DNA of 64,000 nucleotides, from IMG/VR virus record IMGVR_UViG_3300025916_000002; one strand, 5' to 3'. This stretch comes from a virus. A program made the translations under genes and the position numbers. Positions 62,268-64,000 of the stretch are shown piece by piece. Each line of letters begins with the position of its first letter. Position 1 is the stretch's first letter. The notes under the pieces were generated by a model that did no database searches, was not told the origin of the DNA, and was given only the letters and a program-made list of their open reading frames with translations.

Positions 62268-64000
62268 TTAATACATGCGCTCATATTTACCCCTGGAAAC
62301 CTGGGTAAATAACACCCGGATGTTCCGGTTAATAAAGGCGCGAACGGTAACGGACTTAATTTGGTAACAAGCGCCGATTTCAACAGCGGTCGCCGTGGTG
62401 AAGTTATTGGGGAGTTTATTGTATAGCGTGCTGTAAGGGGGCTGAAGTTTATCCACCGGGCTCTGGGGTGTTAGGACGCGCATGGCTTTATTCATATTAC
62501 CAAGGAAGTACTCGGTCAGCCGTATGGCTCGTTCCATATTTTCCGGCGAGACAAGGGTAGAGCGGTAGCGCCCTTCATGGGCGGCCTGTAATAAAAGAGC
62601 GAAACGCAGGCAGTAGTCCTGATATTTTGATATAATGCCCTTGGTATCATCGTCTTGCGCTACGTTGTAGTATTTGTTTTTATGGTTAAACCACCTGGCG
62701 TATAAGTCGTCGGCCTCGGTAGAGAGTTCGTAGGCGGTTCTTTCGGTCCGCATTTTCATCAGGTTGAAGAACAGTTCGTTGTAGCTTTCTTTGATTATCA
62801 GGGGGATTACAAAGGGAGCCCAGTCTTTTTTTGGCTGTACCTCCGGATAGACAAACAGGAACCGGTGAAAGAAGCCGGCCTCCTTATTCTGGTTGGAGCT
62901 CATGATATCCAGCACCCCCGGTTGAATGCCGCCGACAATGCTGCAAAACGGTTCTTCGATGCGCTTGGTGCCGGAGCCCACCCGCTGCATGGTTGAGGGG
63001 GAGGCCGACCAGAATTCCAGCCATTTTTGCATTTCATCGGTTTTGTCGCCGTATTTGTTCATGCGCCGGATGAATCCGCTGAGTTCATCGGCCAGCACGC
63101 AGCAGCCGTTCTGGTTGTTAAATAGGGTATCGAAGGTCTTCTCGATAGTGGAGTCCTTGATAAGTATCTGCTTGTAAATAGGAAGGGCGGGTTCTTTTTT
63201 ATCCTCGCCTTTTTTCTGGTTGCGGTAAGTGCTCATTTGCTCGCGGTACTCCTTATCTTCCATGATGTACTGGGCGTAGTTATGGGCGTCCTGCTTTTCA
63301 ATTCGGGCGAAGATGGTTTTCAGAGCAGGGGACTTGCTGGCGCCCGGCGGCGCTACAATGGCCATATATAGAACAGGTTTAATAAAATAGCCATCGGAAG
63401 CTTCGAGTGTTACACTGTTGCCGATGGCCGCCGACATGGCAACCAGCGCTGCGGCGCCCATGTATTCGTTCTGGATTGGATTTATACGAATGTAGTGTTG
63501 CAGCGCTTCGGGCAGCACGTCGTAGGGAAATTTTAACCTGTCCGGCGGGATAAGGGACTGCTCGGAGGCGGGTGCCGGTTCGGTAATCTCGATGCCGGCG
63601 CTTTCAGCGATAGCTTTTAATTCAGCAATGGCGTTCGGCCAGGATGCCTTGTTTTTGTAATAGAGGATCATCGAGGGACTCAGGCGCCACCGGTCATCAT
63701 CGGCGTGCAGCCGGTTCTGGAAGTTTGGGAAGTCGCTCATGCTGCCGGAGAAGATGAGTAGTATCTTGCTCTTGAAGTAAGCCTTGGCTGAATAAGCCGC
63801 ACTGGACCCGATGCGTAGGTAGGCGGTGTATTTTTTCCGGGCGAATTTCAGGTCATTGGCCAGTGAGTGTAGCCCGATGCTGTTGATGATGCCATGGAAT
63901 GCATCGTCCGTGCATTTTGTGTCGAACTGAATAAGCGTACTCTCGTATTGCGTAGGGTAGTCAATGGGCTTGCTATTGTTTTCCCATACGGCTTCTTCGT
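62268..64000 (-). CDS. DUF3987-type replication protein (primase-helicase-like), 5' end beyond the window
   Basis: The frame stays open upstream of the ATG at 63740 all the way to nt 64000. P-loop-like VAPPGASKSPAL is present. The family assignment is from memory of Bacteroidota mobile-element DUF3987 proteins. Confidence 0.55.
   Translation of the reverse strand, partial: EEAVWENNSKPIDYPTQYESTLIQFDTKCTDDAFHGIINSIGLHSLANDLKFARKKYTAYLRIGSSAAYSAKAYFKSKILLIFSGSMSDFPNFQNRLHADDDRWRLSPSMILYYKNKASWPNAIAELKAIAESAGIEITEPAPASEQSLIPPDRLKFPYDVLPEALQHYIRINPIQNEYMGAAALVAMSAAIGNSVTLEASDGYFIKPVLYMAIVAPPGASKSPALKTIFARIEKQDAHNYAQYIMEDKEYREQMSTYRNQKKGEDKKEPALPIYKQILIKDSTIEKTFDTLFNNQNGCCVLADELSGFIRRMNKYGDKTDEMQKWLEFWSASPSTMQRVGSGTKRIEEPFCSIVGGIQPGVLDIMSSNQNKEAGFFHRFLFVYPEVQPKKDWAPFVIPLIIKESYNELFFNLMKMRTERTAYELSTEADDLYARWFNHKNKYYNVAQDDDTKGIISKYQDYCLRFALLLQAAHEGRYRSTLVSPENMERAIRLTEYFLGNMNKAMRVLTPQSPVDKLQPPYSTLYNKLPNNFTTATAVEIGACYQIKSVTVRAFINRNIRVLFTQVSRGKYERMY

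Overview
The whole 64-kb window reads as the interior of a tailed dsDNA phage genome, either a free phage or a prophage. No host flanks, integrase or att sites are visible. There are about 100 genes in five blocks. (1) 1-5819: a leftward auxiliary operon with GT-A-like glycosyltransferases, a SAM-methyltransferase-like gene and a GroES homologue. (2) 5895-8726: small rightward genes, including a possible tandem GroES-fold protein. (3) 8771-44498: one ~36-kb rightward late block. It holds putative adaptor and tail-tube genes, then a T7-like size ladder of internal-virion candidates ending in a 1942-aa giant protein with an HExxH motif. These are followed by a small-terminase candidate, an HNH endonuclease, large terminase, portal, scaffold and major capsid. 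Next come a tail fibre with an embedded SGNH esterase, a tail-collar fibre and a 1030-aa glycosidase-like protein with a signal peptide. The block ends with an XhlA-like protein, a PAS protein and small membrane proteins. (4) 44562-51585: a lone reverse gene, an XRE regulator, lipoproteins, and an ATGA-chained lysis cassette ending in a lysozyme-family gene. This is followed by a ~600-nt structured non-coding region with a non-canonical tRNA-like element, and an ECF-type sigma factor. (5) 51666-64000: mostly leftward early and replication genes. These include a MazG-like gene, many small ORFs, an RHH regulator, a C5 DNA methyltransferase, an HNH endonuclease, a wHTH protein and a DUF3987-type replication protein running off the window. 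This block also carries a ~575-bp two-armed iteron array. A Bacteroidota host is inferred from TAnnTTTG promoter-like motifs and the gene families present. All functional calls come from reading motifs in the translations plus synteny. No database search was possible, so most product names are hypotheses.
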